A stretch of 64,000 bases of DNA, taken from an uncultured Bacteroidaceae bacterium (GTDB lineage: Bacteria > Bacteroidota > Bacteroidia > Bacteroidales > SM23-62). Shown here in pieces: positions 19,184-29,957 of this stretch. Within the stretch, counting starts at the first letter, position 1. Each line of letters starts with the position of its first letter. The stretch is from contig CAZNPH010000002.1 of assembly GCA_964574985.1 (NCBI GenBank), forward strand, positions 113,263 through 177,262, read 5' to 3'. Below the pieces are notes generated by a model that ran no database searches, was not told where the DNA came from, and was given only the letters and a program-made list of their open reading frames with translations. A program made the position numbers and the translations under genes.

Positions 19184-19191
19184 TAAATTTG
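19184..19191 (+). promoter_or_regulatory. Candidate -7 box (TAAATTTG)
   Basis: Matches TAnnTTTG, 20 nt upstream of the rsmA ATG (19211). Confidence 0.45.
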
Positions 19192-19210
19192 CCCAAATGC
19201 ATGGTAAAGC

Positions 19211-20002
19211 ATGAGAGCAAAGAAAAGCCTCGGGCAGCATTTTCTGACCGACCATAATGTGGCCCGGAAGATTGTGGATCTTTTGCATCCCGGTCCGCAT
19301 GAGCCCGTTCTGGAAATCGGTCCGGGCGCGGGCATACTGACCGGGCTGTTGCTGGAAAGGTTTGGGGAAAGGCTTTATTTGGTTGAGATCGACCGGAATG
19401 CGGTTCGTCAGCTTGTGAATCTTTATCCTTCACTTTCAAAGAGGATCATACTGAATGATATCGTGAAGTTTGATTTTGCCTCGATTCCCGGGAGGAAAAT
19501 AAGTGTCATAGGGAATCTTCCGTATAATGTATCCAGTCAGATATTTTTTCATTTTCTGTCCAACCGGATGCTGATTGCAAGGGCCGTTTGTATGGTACAG
19601 AAGGAAATGGCTGAACGCATTGCCGCACCCCCCGGAACACGTAATGCAGGGATTTTATCGGTTTTGCTGCAGGCATACTATGAAATTGCCTTTCATTTCA
19701 CGGTGACCGAAAAAGTATTCCGGCCCGTACCCGCTGTGAAATCGGCTGTGATCACCCTGAACAGAAGACCGCTTGGGAAATTGCCCTGCAATGAAGCACA
19801 TTTTTTCAAGGTGGTAAAAACATGTTTCGGGCAAAGAAGAAAAATGATCAGAAATTCAATAAAGGTACTGACAGTGGAAAATGCAGATATGGGTGATTAT
19901 GCAACCAAAAGGCCCGAACAACTGACCGTGGATGATTTTGTACACCTGACTTTGATGTTGCAAAGTCAGATTGAAGCATCAGAAAAACGGGAAAATACAT
20001 AA
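19211..20002 (+). CDS. rsmA: 16S rRNA (adenine1518/1519-N6)-dimethyltransferase
   Basis: Motifs KSLGQHFLTD, the SAM motif EIGPGAGILT, and GNLPYNVSS. Confidence 0.9.
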   Translation: MRAKKSLGQHFLTDHNVARKIVDLLHPGPHEPVLEIGPGAGILTGLLLERFGERLYLVEIDRNAVRQLVNLYPSLSKRIILNDIVKFDFASIPGRKISVIGNLPYNVSSQIFFHFLSNRMLIARAVCMVQKEMAERIAAPPGTRNAGILSVLLQAYYEIAFHFTVTEKVFRPVPAVKSAVITLNRRPLGKLPCNEAHFFKVVKTCFGQRRKMIRNSIKVLTVENADMGDYATKRPEQLTVDDFVHLTLMLQSQIEASEKRENT

Positions 20003-20008
20003 AAAACA

Positions 20009-20016
20009 TATATTTG
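20009..20016 (+). promoter_or_regulatory. Candidate -7 box (TATATTTG)
   Basis: Matches TAnnTTTG, 41 nt upstream of the mgtE ATG. Confidence 0.4.
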
Positions 20017-20056
20017 CCGGTAATTTGGCATCATTGATTCAGAATAACTGACAGCA

Positions 20057-21415
20057 ATGCATTTTGAACTAACCCGGGAATATGTCGATCAATTGAAAGT
20101 GCTGATCGATAACCATGATGAACCTGGTATTGCTGAGCTTGTTTCTCCCCTTCATGCTGCGGATATTGCGGAAATTTTCAAAGAGCTGGATGAAGAAGAG
20201 GCCAGAACCGTCTACCTGCTTCTGGACGGAGAAAAAGCGGCGGATGTTATGATCGAAATGGAAGAAGACCGGCGGGAAAGATTCCTGAAAACCCTGCCCG
20301 GCCATGTGATCGCCCGTCAATTCATCGACAATATGGATTCTGACGATGCAGCGGACATCATCGGAGAGCTTTCTGATGACAAAAAAGAAGAAGTCCTCCA
20401 GCATATCGTGGATGTGGAGCAGGCGGGGGATATTGTGGATCTGTTGAGTTATGACCGGGATACGGCGGGAGGATTGATGGCCAAGGAGCTGATCCGTGTA
20501 AACGAGAACTGGTCCATAAAAACATGCCTCAGGGAAATGCGCAAGCAGGCAGAAGAGGTCGATGAAGTGTATTACGTTTATGTGGTGGATGACGATAACA
20601 AACTGAAAGGAATCCTTTCCCTGAAGAAAATGCTTATCAGTGATGCAGGCACAAAGGTGAAAGACCTTTACAATCCGGATGTCATCTCAGTCAGAACAGG
20701 AACCCAGGCCGAAGAAGTGGCCAATATCATACACAAGTACGACCTGGTGGCCCTGCCGGTGATTGACTCCGTCGGCCGGCTCATGGGCAGGATCACCATC
20801 GATGATGTGGTGGATGTGATCAGGGAAGAAGCGGAAAGGGATTATCAGATGATCTCCGGTATTTCAGAGGACGTCGAACCTTCGGACAATGTCTGGCTTC
20901 TGACCCGGGCACGGCTTCCCTGGCTTTTCATCGGCCTGCTTGGCGGAATACTGGTTGCCGGGGTGATCAGCGGTTTTGAACATGACCTGAGGATCTATCC
21001 CGAAATGGCTTTTTTTATTCCCCTGATCGCAGCAATGGGCGGAAACGTCGGTGTACAATCCTCCTCCATCATTGTGCAGGGTCTGGCAACCAAAACCATC
21101 GGTCTGGAAAGTACAGCAAAAAAGCTGCTGAAGGAATTTTCAGTGGCACTGGTCAACGGCATTACGCTGTCCGGACTCATTTTCGCATATAATCTTCTGG
21201 CCAGTGATTCCTATGCCCTTACCATAACGGTGAGCAGTGCGCTGTTTGTGGTCATCCTGTTTGCGTCCCTTTTCGGAACCTTCGTTCCCCTCATCCTCGA
21301 CAAGCTCCGTGTTGACCCGGCCCTGGCAACCGGACCGTTCATTACCACGGTCAATGACATCATCAGTCTGTTCTTTTATTTTTTCATCGGCCGGATCCTG
21401 TATGCCGTTTTTTAA
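20057..21415 (+). CDS. mgtE: Magnesium transporter MgtE
   Basis: 452 aa with an acidic MgtE N-domain, tandem CBS region and a C-terminal 5-TM domain (AAMGGNVGVQSSSIIVQ). Confidence 0.9.
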   Translation: MHFELTREYVDQLKVLIDNHDEPGIAELVSPLHAADIAEIFKELDEEEARTVYLLLDGEKAADVMIEMEEDRRERFLKTLPGHVIARQFIDNMDSDDAADIIGELSDDKKEEVLQHIVDVEQAGDIVDLLSYDRDTAGGLMAKELIRVNENWSIKTCLREMRKQAEEVDEVYYVYVVDDDNKLKGILSLKKMLISDAGTKVKDLYNPDVISVRTGTQAEEVANIIHKYDLVALPVIDSVGRLMGRITIDDVVDVIREEAERDYQMISGISEDVEPSDNVWLLTRARLPWLFIGLLGGILVAGVISGFEHDLRIYPEMAFFIPLIAAMGGNVGVQSSSIIVQGLATKTIGLESTAKKLLKEFSVALVNGITLSGLIFAYNLLASDSYALTITVSSALFVVILFASLFGTFVPLILDKLRVDPALATGPFITTVNDIISLFFYFFIGRILYAVF

Positions 21416-21417
21416 AT

Positions 21418-22686
21418 TCAGAATGTGGTATTGATCGCTTCCACCGGATTCATCCGGGAAGCAGAATACGCAGGTGCATATCCGGAAATCAGGCCGATGA
21501 TGCTCGAAGTGGCCAGTCCGAGTACAATGTTCCCGGCAGTAAGGGTTATGGAAAAGTTGGTGGTTACGCCGAGAATGGCAGTGCCGATGAATATGAGCAG
21601 CAGTCCAATGGCCCCGCCCGTGACTGCAAGGAGTATCGATTCGGACAAAAACTGAATCAGAATAAAGAACCTTTTGGCGCCAAGCGCTTTTTGTATGCCG
21701 ATGATGTTGGTCCTTTCCCTGACCGATACAAACATGATGTTGGCAATCCCGAAACCTCCCACCAAGATGGAAAAGCCCCCGATAAACAAACCAGCCAGAT
21801 TGAATACGCTGAATATCTGATCGATTCCGCTGGAGATCATACTGGTCTGGTTCAGTGCGAAATTGTCATCTGCTCTTGGTTTCAGACGTCTTGCCGAACG
21901 CAGGATCATACGCAGTTCACTGATAAGCTCATCGTTTGACACGTAGGGTTTGGCCTCCACCCAGATCATGGGATTCGCGTTTTCTTTTCTGATATCCACC
22001 AGGGTTCTCATAAAACCGATGGGAACAACAACGATTTCATCCAGGGAGCCCCCGCCGAAAAGGCTTTTGCCTTCCTTTTCGCTTACGCCGATGACATGGA
22101 TATTCCTGCCCATGACCTTGATTTGCTGCCCCAGAGGATCCTGGTCCCGGAATAGTTCTGTGGCAATGGTATGCCCGATGACGGCAAGGTTCTTTGCGGA
22201 CTGGAATTCGAACCGGGAGAAAAAACGTCCCTTTTCGATCTCCAGGTTGCGGAGTTTTTCAAATTCATGAGAAACACCCCAGATTTGGGTTTCTTCAATG
22301 CTGTTGTTCTCCCATTTGATGCCTTTACTGGTAAGGCTGAAGAACATGACTTGCCGGGCAAGCTGTGAACGGTGCCTGATCATTTCATATTCATCATAGG
22401 TGGGAACAGGCCGGTTCAGGTATTGCCACCATTCATAATTTTCTCCTTCCTCCGGGGCCCATGGCCACTTTTCAACATAAATTACATTTTCACCGAAAGA
22501 GGACAGACTGTTGCGGATATTGTTTTCCAGGGAATCAATCACGGTAAATACCGAGATGATGGCAAAAATACCGATGGTAATGCCCAGCAGGGAGAGGAGG
22601 GTCCTGAGTTTATTTACCACCACCGAACGGAAAGCGAAAGAAAGGCTTTCGCCGATCATTCTCGGTAGTTTAACCGGATTTGGCAT
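21418..22686 (-). CDS. ABC transporter permease, MacB/FtsX family
   Basis: 422 aa with an N-terminal TM segment, a MacB-like periplasmic domain and a C-terminal FtsX module (IGIQKALGAKRFFIL...). No ATPase gene is adjacent. Confidence 0.8.
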   Translation of the reverse strand: MPNPVKLPRMIGESLSFAFRSVVVNKLRTLLSLLGITIGIFAIISVFTVIDSLENNIRNSLSSFGENVIYVEKWPWAPEEGENYEWWQYLNRPVPTYDEYEMIRHRSQLARQVMFFSLTSKGIKWENNSIEETQIWGVSHEFEKLRNLEIEKGRFFSRFEFQSAKNLAVIGHTIATELFRDQDPLGQQIKVMGRNIHVIGVSEKEGKSLFGGGSLDEIVVVPIGFMRTLVDIRKENANPMIWVEAKPYVSNDELISELRMILRSARRLKPRADDNFALNQTSMISSGIDQIFSVFNLAGLFIGGFSILVGGFGIANIMFVSVRERTNIIGIQKALGAKRFFILIQFLSESILLAVTGGAIGLLLIFIGTAILGVTTNFSITLTAGNIVLGLATSSIIGLISGYAPAYSASRMNPVEAINTTF

Positions 22687-22736
22687 TAAATGCAGGTTTT
22701 CACGGCAAATTTACCTATTTTTAGCAACATTTTTAA

Positions 22737-22744
22737 TAACTTTG
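22737..22744 (+). promoter_or_regulatory. Candidate -7 box (TAACTTTG)
   Basis: Matches TAnnTTTG, 25 nt upstream of ATG 22769. This supports the shortened purH start. Confidence 0.5.
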
Positions 22745-22768
22745 TCGAAACTTAACAAATACCTGTTA

Positions 22769-24292
22769 ATGAGTGATTTAAGAAGAGTCAAGCGGGCGCT
22801 GATTTCGGTATATCACAAGGATTTTCTGGATACAGTTCTTGCCGCCCTGGGCAATTTTTCAGTCGGTGTAATTTCTACCGGAGGAACCGCAAAATACATC
22901 AGGGAAGCCGGGTACACGGTGGAAACGGTTGAAGAGATCACCGGATATCCATCCATTCTCGGGGGGCGGGTGAAAACATTGCACCCCTGCATATTCGGAG
23001 GAATTCTTGCCCGAAAGGATGTGCAAGAGGACCATGATCAGCTGGTAAAATACAATATACCCGCCATTGACCTTGTCATAGTTGACCTGTACCCTTTTGA
23101 GGAAACCGTCCGGTCCGGAGCTGTCGAGAAGGATGTGATCGAGCAGATCGATATCGGGGGGATTTCCCTGATCAGGGCTGCAGCCAAGAATTACAAGGAT
23201 GTTCTTGTGGTTTCCGGCCGGCATCAGTATGATGAATTGATCTCATTACTGCAGGGAAAAGAGGGTGCTACAGAATTGAGTGACCGGAAACGGTTTGCCG
23301 CGGAAGCATTTGATCTGACGTCTGCCTATGATGCGGCCATCTTCAATCATTACAATGATGATTCTCAAAGGGTTTACAAAATAAGCATGGGGAATGGTTA
23401 TAAACTCAGATATGGAGAAAATCCCCATCAATCCGGTATCTTTTATGGCGGTTTTCGTGAGATATTCGACAAACTCCACGGCAAGGCGGTTTCATACAAC
23501 AATCTGCTGGATATTGATGCGGCGGTCGGACTCATATCTGATTTCCGGGAAACGACTTTTGCCGTTCTCAAACACAACAATGCATGCGGAGTTGCCTCCA
23601 GGGAGTCCCTGGTACAGGCATGGAAGGATGCCCTGGCCGGCGATCCCGTATCGGCTTTCGGAGGTGTTTTGATCACCAATCGCATGCTGGATGAAGAAAC
23701 TGCCGGTGAGATCCACAAGTTGTTCTTCGAAGTGATCATCGCACCCGGATACGAGCAAAAAGCCATGGAGATCCTCCGGCAGAAGAAGAACCGGATCATA
23801 CTGAAACAGAAAAAACCGGTTTCCGTCGAAAAGACAGTACGTTCCTGCCTCCATGGCATGCTGGTCCAGGATAAGGACAGGGTGACCGAGAATGCAGGGG
23901 ACCTGCAGGTAGTCACTACCCGGAAACCCGGGGAAAAGGAAATGGAGGACATGCTTTTTGGGAACAAGATCGTCAAACATACCAAATCCAATGCCATTGT
24001 GCTGGCCAAAAATAAACAATTGATCGCCAGTGGTGTGGGACAGACCTCCAGGGTGGATGCATTGAAACAGGCTGTTGCCAAAGCAGAAAGCTTTCATTTC
24101 GATCTGGACGGAGCCGTTATGGCCTCAGATGCTTTCTTCCCCTTTGCAGACTCGGTTGAGATTGCACATCTGGCAGGAATTTCCTCGGTCATTCAACCGG
24201 GCGGTTCGATACGCGACAAGGATTCCATAGAGTATTGCAACAGCAAAAACATGGCCATGGTATTCACCGGCATACGCCATTTCAAGCATTAG
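22769..24292 (+). CDS. purH: Bifunctional AICAR formyltransferase / IMP cyclohydrolase
   Basis: The start was trimmed to MSDLRRVKRALISVYHKDFL (MGS-like domain, STGGTAKYIRE). It contains YGENPHQ and ends ...FTGIRHFKH. 507 aa. Confidence 0.95.
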   Translation: MSDLRRVKRALISVYHKDFLDTVLAALGNFSVGVISTGGTAKYIREAGYTVETVEEITGYPSILGGRVKTLHPCIFGGILARKDVQEDHDQLVKYNIPAIDLVIVDLYPFEETVRSGAVEKDVIEQIDIGGISLIRAAAKNYKDVLVVSGRHQYDELISLLQGKEGATELSDRKRFAAEAFDLTSAYDAAIFNHYNDDSQRVYKISMGNGYKLRYGENPHQSGIFYGGFREIFDKLHGKAVSYNNLLDIDAAVGLISDFRETTFAVLKHNNACGVASRESLVQAWKDALAGDPVSAFGGVLITNRMLDEETAGEIHKLFFEVIIAPGYEQKAMEILRQKKNRIILKQKKPVSVEKTVRSCLHGMLVQDKDRVTENAGDLQVVTTRKPGEKEMEDMLFGNKIVKHTKSNAIVLAKNKQLIASGVGQTSRVDALKQAVAKAESFHFDLDGAVMASDAFFPFADSVEIAHLAGISSVIQPGGSIRDKDSIEYCNSKNMAMVFTGIRHFKH

Positions 24293-24324
24293 GTTTTTGA
24301 ACCGATAATCATCACATACAAGAT

Positions 24325-25347
24325 ATGGGCATTTTTTCATTTTTGACTCAGGAGATTGCAATTGATCTGGGAACTGCCAATACGATCATCATTCACCATG
24401 ACAAGGTGGTGGTGAATGAACCCTCAATCGTGGCCATTGATCAGACAACCAAAAAACTGATAGCCATCGGGGAGAAAGCCCGCCAGATGCACGGGAAAAC
24501 GCATGAAAACATAAAGACTGTCAGGCCCCTGAAAGACGGGGTGATCGCGGATTTCAATGCAGCGGAACAGATGATCAGGGGGATGATCAAAATGATCAGC
24601 AGCAAAAGCCGCCTTTTTACTCCCTCCCTGCGCATGGTGGTTTGTATTCCGTCGGGAAGCACCGAGGTTGAGATCAGGGCTGTGAGAGATTCTTCTGAAC
24701 ATGCCGGAGGGCGGGACGTTTACCTGATCTATGAACCCATGGCGGCAGCCATCGGGATCGGTATTGATGTGGAAGCGCCGGAAGGGAACATGGTGGTTGA
24801 TATCGGCGGAGGTACCACAGAAATCGCGGTAATCGCCCTGGGAGGCATTGTGGTCAATCAATCCATACGCATCGCAGGTGATGGTTTTACCAAGGACATC
24901 CAGTCCTATATGCGGCACCAGCACAACATCAAGATCGGTGAAAGAACGGCAGAAGAAATCAAATTCGCTGTTGGATCCACCATGCCTGATCTTGAGGATC
25001 CCCCCGGGGATTTTATGGTGCGGGGTCCGAACCTGATGACCGCCATGCCCATTGAAATTCCGATATCTTACCAGGAGATTGCCCATTGCCTGGACAAATC
25101 CATTTCAAAAATTGAAACAGCCATACTGGCCGTTCTTGAACAAACACCCCCTGAACTGTATTCTGACATCGTAAGCAAGGGCATTCATTTGGCCGGCGGA
25201 GGCGCATTGTTGCGGGGTTTTGACAAACGTTTGACAGACAAGATCAACATTCCCTTTTATCTTGTCGAGGATCCCCTTCAGGCCGTGGCCAGGGGCACAG
25301 GCATTGCTCTGAAGAATGTGGATAAGTTTTCATTCCTGATGAGATAG
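24325..25347 (+). CDS. mreB: Rod shape-determining protein MreB
   Basis: 340 aa with actin-fold motifs IAIDLGTANT and DIGGGTTEIAV. Confidence 0.95.
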   Translation: MGIFSFLTQEIAIDLGTANTIIIHHDKVVVNEPSIVAIDQTTKKLIAIGEKARQMHGKTHENIKTVRPLKDGVIADFNAAEQMIRGMIKMISSKSRLFTPSLRMVVCIPSGSTEVEIRAVRDSSEHAGGRDVYLIYEPMAAAIGIGIDVEAPEGNMVVDIGGGTTEIAVIALGGIVVNQSIRIAGDGFTKDIQSYMRHQHNIKIGERTAEEIKFAVGSTMPDLEDPPGDFMVRGPNLMTAMPIEIPISYQEIAHCLDKSISKIETAILAVLEQTPPELYSDIVSKGIHLAGGGALLRGFDKRLTDKINIPFYLVEDPLQAVARGTGIALKNVDKFSFLMR

Positions 25348-25360
25348 TCAGATTTGAAAT

Positions 25361-26188
25361 ATGAGGAATTTGTTACGGCTCATTGTTCGCTATCATTTCC
25401 TGCTGTTGTTTCTGGCCTTTGAGGCCCTTTCCTTTATAATGGTTTTCAATCACAACCAGTTTCAGAAAGCAGGTTTTGTGAATTTCAGCCGGTCGGTGGA
25501 CGGATTTCTTCACCGAAGGCTGGGAAGGATCAGTAATTATTTTTCATTGTATAAGCTCAATGAAGCCCTGTACCGTGAAAATCTCAGGCTACGGAACCGG
25601 GTGGACCAACTTGAGGAGTCTGTTTCTGCTGCCGGGTATCCTGTTTCCGATACCGCGGCCGGAAGGAAGTTTTATTATCAGTCTGCCAGGGTCATCAACA
25701 ATTCTGTGACCAGGCAATACAATTACCTGACCATTGATAAGGGAAGCAAACACGGAGTTGCCGAGGAAATGGGCGTGATCGGCACCGGGGGTGTGGTGGG
25801 TGTGGTCTACACCGTATCCCCGAATTTCTCAACCGTTATTTCCTTGTTGAACAGAAATTTCAGATTGAGCGCAAAAATCAAGAAGAACGATTATTTCGGA
25901 TCCCTTGCCTGGACAGGTACCGGTTACCGGAGGGGACTGCTGACCGAAATACCGTATCATGTAGATGTGCAGACCGGAGATACGGTGGTCACCAGTGGTT
26001 ATTCAGCCATCTTCCCGGAAGGCATCATGATAGGCACTGTGGCCGGCTACAGTGTCAGGGAGGGCAATTTTTATGAGATAGAGGTGGAGTTGTCAACAGG
26101 ATTCAAGGATTTGGTTTATGTATACGTGATCGGGAACACCACCCGTGCAGAACAAATGGAATTGGAAAACATCAGGAATAATGGTTAG
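25361..26188 (+). CDS. mreC: Rod shape-determining protein MreC
   Basis: 275 aa with an N-terminal TM segment, a coiled coil (LYRENLRLRNRVDQLEE) and a beta-rich C-domain. Its position between mreB and mreD supports the call. Confidence 0.85.
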   Translation: MRNLLRLIVRYHFLLLFLAFEALSFIMVFNHNQFQKAGFVNFSRSVDGFLHRRLGRISNYFSLYKLNEALYRENLRLRNRVDQLEESVSAAGYPVSDTAAGRKFYYQSARVINNSVTRQYNYLTIDKGSKHGVAEEMGVIGTGGVVGVVYTVSPNFSTVISLLNRNFRLSAKIKKNDYFGSLAWTGTGYRRGLLTEIPYHVDVQTGDTVVTSGYSAIFPEGIMIGTVAGYSVREGNFYEIEVELSTGFKDLVYVYVIGNTTRAEQMELENIRNNG

Positions 26189-26687
26189 GATACTTTCCCG
26201 GAACATATTCAGGTTTTTCCTTTTGATATTTCTGCAGATATTGATCTTCAACAATATCCAGCTGAGCGGTTACATCAATCCCTATTTTTACATCCTGTTC
26301 ATTCTGCTCCTGCCTTTCGAAACACCCGGATGGACCATACTGCTCTCGGGTTTCCTGCTGGGTTTGATGATCGACCTGTTTATGCATACCCCGGGTATGC
26401 ATGCAGCAGCAACGGTATTCATTGCCTTTTTGCGTCCGTCCATTCTGGAATTTATTGCACCCAGGGACGGATACGAATCAGGTTCATTCCCCCGTTTATA
26501 TCATTACGGCTTTGCCTGGTTTCTGAAATATACCGTGATCCTTGTGTTTGCCCATCACTTTTTTTTGTTTTATGTGGAAGTTTTCCGGCTGGCTGATTTT
26601 TTTCATACCCTGGTCCGGGTGATCATGAGCACGCTGTTTTCAAGTTTGCTGATTGTTATCAGCCAGTATTTCATTTTCAGAAAGTAA
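26181..26687 (+). CDS. mreD: Rod shape-determining protein MreD
   Basis: A small polytopic membrane protein located between mreC and mrdA. I prefer the ATG at 26181 (8-nt overlap with mreC) over 26145, but the start is uncertain. Confidence 0.65.
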   Translation: MVRILSRNIFRFFLLIFLQILIFNNIQLSGYINPYFYILFILLLPFETPGWTILLSGFLLGLMIDLFMHTPGMHAAATVFIAFLRPSILEFIAPRDGYESGSFPRLYHYGFAWFLKYTVILVFAHHFFLFYVEVFRLADFFHTLVRVIMSTLFSSLLIVISQYFIFRK

Positions 26688-28508
26688 ATGAAGCAGTTTT
26701 CGAACAGAAAATATTTGATCGGGGGCATCATTCTGGTCACTGCCTCTGTTCTTTTGATACGCCTGCTGGAGCTTCAGGTGCTGGAGTCATCCTATAAATA
26801 TTCTGCCGACAGCAATACCCGCAGGACCATAACCATTTATCCGGCAAGGGGGCTCATCTTTGACAGGAACAGGGATCTGCTCGTATGCAATGTTGCAGCT
26901 TATGATTTGATGATGAACCCTTCCCAATTGAGTGGCTTTGATACCACGGATTTCTGCGGGATCCTCAACATCACAAAAGAAGCGGTCAGGGAAAAGATCA
27001 AAAAAGCAAGGGATTATTCAAGGTTCAGGGCATCCATATTCCTGAAGCAGATTTCCTCGGAGACATACGCGGTCCTTCAGGAAAAGCTGTATAAATTCCC
27101 CGGGTTTTTTGTACAGCCCCGAACCCTGAGGAAATATCCTCCGAATATCGCAGCCCATGTTCTGGGGTATGTGGGGGAAGTGGATGAAGGGATTATTTCC
27201 CGTGATCAATATTATAAAATGGGGGATTATATCGGGATCAGCGGAATTGAACAGGCGTATGAGATAATATTGCGGGGCAAAAAAGGGGTCCGGGTATATC
27301 TTGTGGATGTACACAACCGGATCAAAGGATCATACCAGGACGGCAGGCTGGATAAACCTGTTAGGGTAGGCAGGGATATTGTATGTACGCTGGATGCCGG
27401 CCTTCAGAAGTACGGTGAGAAACTGATGGACCGGTTCGCAGGCAGTATCGCAGCCATTGAGCCATCATCCGGGGAAGTTCTGGCACTGGTAAGTTCTCCC
27501 GATTACCAGCCGGAGTTGCTGGTTGGACGGGCAAGATCGCCCAATTACACGAAACTGGTGAAAGATACCCTGAATCCATTGTTCAACCGGGCGGTCATGG
27601 CACAGTATCCTCCGGGTTCCACATTCAAGGTGGTGAACGGATTGATTGCCTTGCATGAAGGAAGGGTCAGGACCACCACGGAATATTATTGTGACCTGGG
27701 ATTTCATTACAAGGGATATACGGTTGGTTGTCATTATCATGATTCACCACTTGATTTTGTGGGAGCTATCCAAAACAGTTGCAATGCATATTTCAGTCAT
27801 GTTTTCCTGAACATCATCAATGACCCCGAATTCGGATCTCCTGCCGAAGCATTCAACAATTGGCGGAAACACATTCTCAGTTTCGGGCTCGGGCAGAAGC
27901 TTGAAACTGATTTTACCAATGAGCTTTCGGGATTGATTCCCACACAGGAGACCTATGACAACATTTATGGCAAGGGACACTGGAATTTCCTCACCATTCG
28001 CTCTCTGGCCATCGGACAGGGAGAGTTGGGGATCACTCCCCTGCAAATGGCCAATTTGTCAGCGACAATAGCCAACCGGGGGCATTATTTCATTCCCCAT
28101 GTGGTAAAATCCATTCAGGGAGAAACATCCATTGATCCGTATTTTTCAGAAGTCATACGGACAACCATCGATACGGCTTATTATGAGCCGGTTGTCGAGG
28201 GAATGTACCAGGCAGTCAATGGTGGCAGGGGTAGTACGGCATGGAGGGCGAAAGTCCGGAATATTGCCATTTGCGGAAAAACCGGTACTGCAGAGAATCC
28301 CCATGGGGAGGACCATTCCATCTTCATTGCTTTCGCTCCCCGGGAAGATCCGCAAATTGCGGTTTCCGTATATGTGGAAAACGGCGGCTTCGGAAATACC
28401 TGGGCGGCTCCGATCGCCAGTCTTATGATCGAAAAGTATCTGACTGACAGCATTTCCCGTCCCTATATGGAAGACTATGTATTACATTCGGAATTCGATC
28501 CTGAATGA
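26688..28508 (+). CDS. mrdA: Penicillin-binding protein 2 (elongasome transpeptidase)
   Basis: 606 aa. Transpeptidase motifs SxxK (GSTFK), SxN (NSCN) and KTG (GKTGTA). Confidence 0.9.
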   Translation: MKQFSNRKYLIGGIILVTASVLLIRLLELQVLESSYKYSADSNTRRTITIYPARGLIFDRNRDLLVCNVAAYDLMMNPSQLSGFDTTDFCGILNITKEAVREKIKKARDYSRFRASIFLKQISSETYAVLQEKLYKFPGFFVQPRTLRKYPPNIAAHVLGYVGEVDEGIISRDQYYKMGDYIGISGIEQAYEIILRGKKGVRVYLVDVHNRIKGSYQDGRLDKPVRVGRDIVCTLDAGLQKYGEKLMDRFAGSIAAIEPSSGEVLALVSSPDYQPELLVGRARSPNYTKLVKDTLNPLFNRAVMAQYPPGSTFKVVNGLIALHEGRVRTTTEYYCDLGFHYKGYTVGCHYHDSPLDFVGAIQNSCNAYFSHVFLNIINDPEFGSPAEAFNNWRKHILSFGLGQKLETDFTNELSGLIPTQETYDNIYGKGHWNFLTIRSLAIGQGELGITPLQMANLSATIANRGHYFIPHVVKSIQGETSIDPYFSEVIRTTIDTAYYEPVVEGMYQAVNGGRGSTAWRAKVRNIAICGKTGTAENPHGEDHSIFIAFAPREDPQIAVSVYVENGGFGNTWAAPIASLMIEKYLTDSISRPYMEDYVLHSEFDPE

Positions 28509-29932
28509 TACGGAAAGAAAACATCGTAAGCAATATTGACTGGATGACGGTGGTGCTGTTCATACTGCTGGTCCTGCTTGGCTGGTTGAATATCTATTCT
28601 GCGGTCTATAATAACGAACAACACTCCGGCATTCTGGACACCTCCCAGCGCTACGGCAGGCAGGCCATATGGATTATTGCTGCCATGGTGATGGCTTTTC
28701 TGATATTCCTGATCGACGGGAAATTCCTGGCTTTTTTTACATATCCCATATATGCGTTTCTCTTGCTGCTGCTGATCGCCGTGCTTGTTTTTGGCCGGGA
28801 GATCCATGGTTCCACCTCCTGGTTTGAACTGGGCAGTTTTCATTTTCAGCCCGCGGAATTTGCCAAAATAGGGACCAGCATGGTTCTGGCAAAATATCTC
28901 AGTTCCTACAATGTCAGGGTCAATTCGTTCCGGTCGGCCGTGATCACCGCACTGTTTGTTTTACTGCCCGCCGCTCTGATCGTGATCCAGCCAGATATGG
29001 GATCAGCGCTTGTATTTGTCTCCTTCCTTCTGGTGATCTGCCGGGCAGGTTTTTCCCCCTGGATCCTGCTGACCGGGATCCTGATGGCAGCTTTCTTTCT
29101 GATGGGCCTCCTGCTGGACAGATTGATCATTCTGGCCATCATTCTGGGCATCGCCCTCATCACATTCTGGCTGGTCAGCAGGAAATTCAGTCAGGTTATG
29201 GCGGTTCTGGCCATTCTTGCAATACCGGCGGGGGCCGTGTGGCTGCTGTCCCTTTATCCCGGAGTCGATATTTCGCTTTATGCAACCATTCTGCTCGCAC
29301 TTGGTTTTTCCGCCCTGGTTTATTTGTACCTGGCGTTTCGCCACAGGCTGCAAAAAACTTTATGGATCCTTTTGTTTACGGCGGCATCGATCGGATTGAC
29401 CTTTTCGGTTGACTATGTGTTTACCAATGTGCTGAGTGAACATCAGCAGAACCGTGTCAGTATTATGCTGGGAATAGAATCGGATCCGCTGGGTACGGGA
29501 TACAATGTCAATCAGTCCAAAATAGCCATCGGATCGGGCGGATTCTGGGGGAAAGGATATCTGCAGGGAACACAAACAAAATTTGATTTTGTGCCGGAGC
29601 AGAGCACGGACTTTATTTTCTGCACAGTAGGGGAAGAATGGGGTTTTGCCGGGACCTTCCTGGTGGTATTGTTGTTTGTAATCCTTTTTCTCCGGCTGAT
29701 CCTCATAGCCGAAAGGCAGCGGTCCGATTTCAGCCGGTTGTACGGATATGGTGTTATTTCTGTTCTGTTTTTTCACTTTGCCGTCAACATCGGTATGACC
29801 ATCGGGATATTTCCGGTGATTGGCATACCGCTGCCGTTTTTCAGTTACGGGGGTTCCTCTTTTTGGGCCTTTACCATTTTGCTGTTCATATTGCTGCGGT
29901 TGGATGTTTCCAGAAAGGCATTGTTTATGTAA
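28505..29932 (+). CDS. rodA: Rod shape-determining protein RodA (SEDS family)
   Basis: 475 aa, polytopic. Contains PEQSTDFIF and GIPLPFFSYGGSS. It has a 4-nt overlap with mrdA. Confidence 0.9.
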   Translation: MIRKENIVSNIDWMTVVLFILLVLLGWLNIYSAVYNNEQHSGILDTSQRYGRQAIWIIAAMVMAFLIFLIDGKFLAFFTYPIYAFLLLLLIAVLVFGREIHGSTSWFELGSFHFQPAEFAKIGTSMVLAKYLSSYNVRVNSFRSAVITALFVLLPAALIVIQPDMGSALVFVSFLLVICRAGFSPWILLTGILMAAFFLMGLLLDRLIILAIILGIALITFWLVSRKFSQVMAVLAILAIPAGAVWLLSLYPGVDISLYATILLALGFSALVYLYLAFRHRLQKTLWILLFTAASIGLTFSVDYVFTNVLSEHQQNRVSIMLGIESDPLGTGYNVNQSKIAIGSGGFWGKGYLQGTQTKFDFVPEQSTDFIFCTVGEEWGFAGTFLVVLLFVILFLRLILIAERQRSDFSRLYGYGVISVLFFHFAVNIGMTIGIFPVIGIPLPFFSYGGSSFWAFTILLFILLRLDVSRKALFM

Positions 29933-29957
29933 AGAGCCGATGATGCATCCCGGCAGG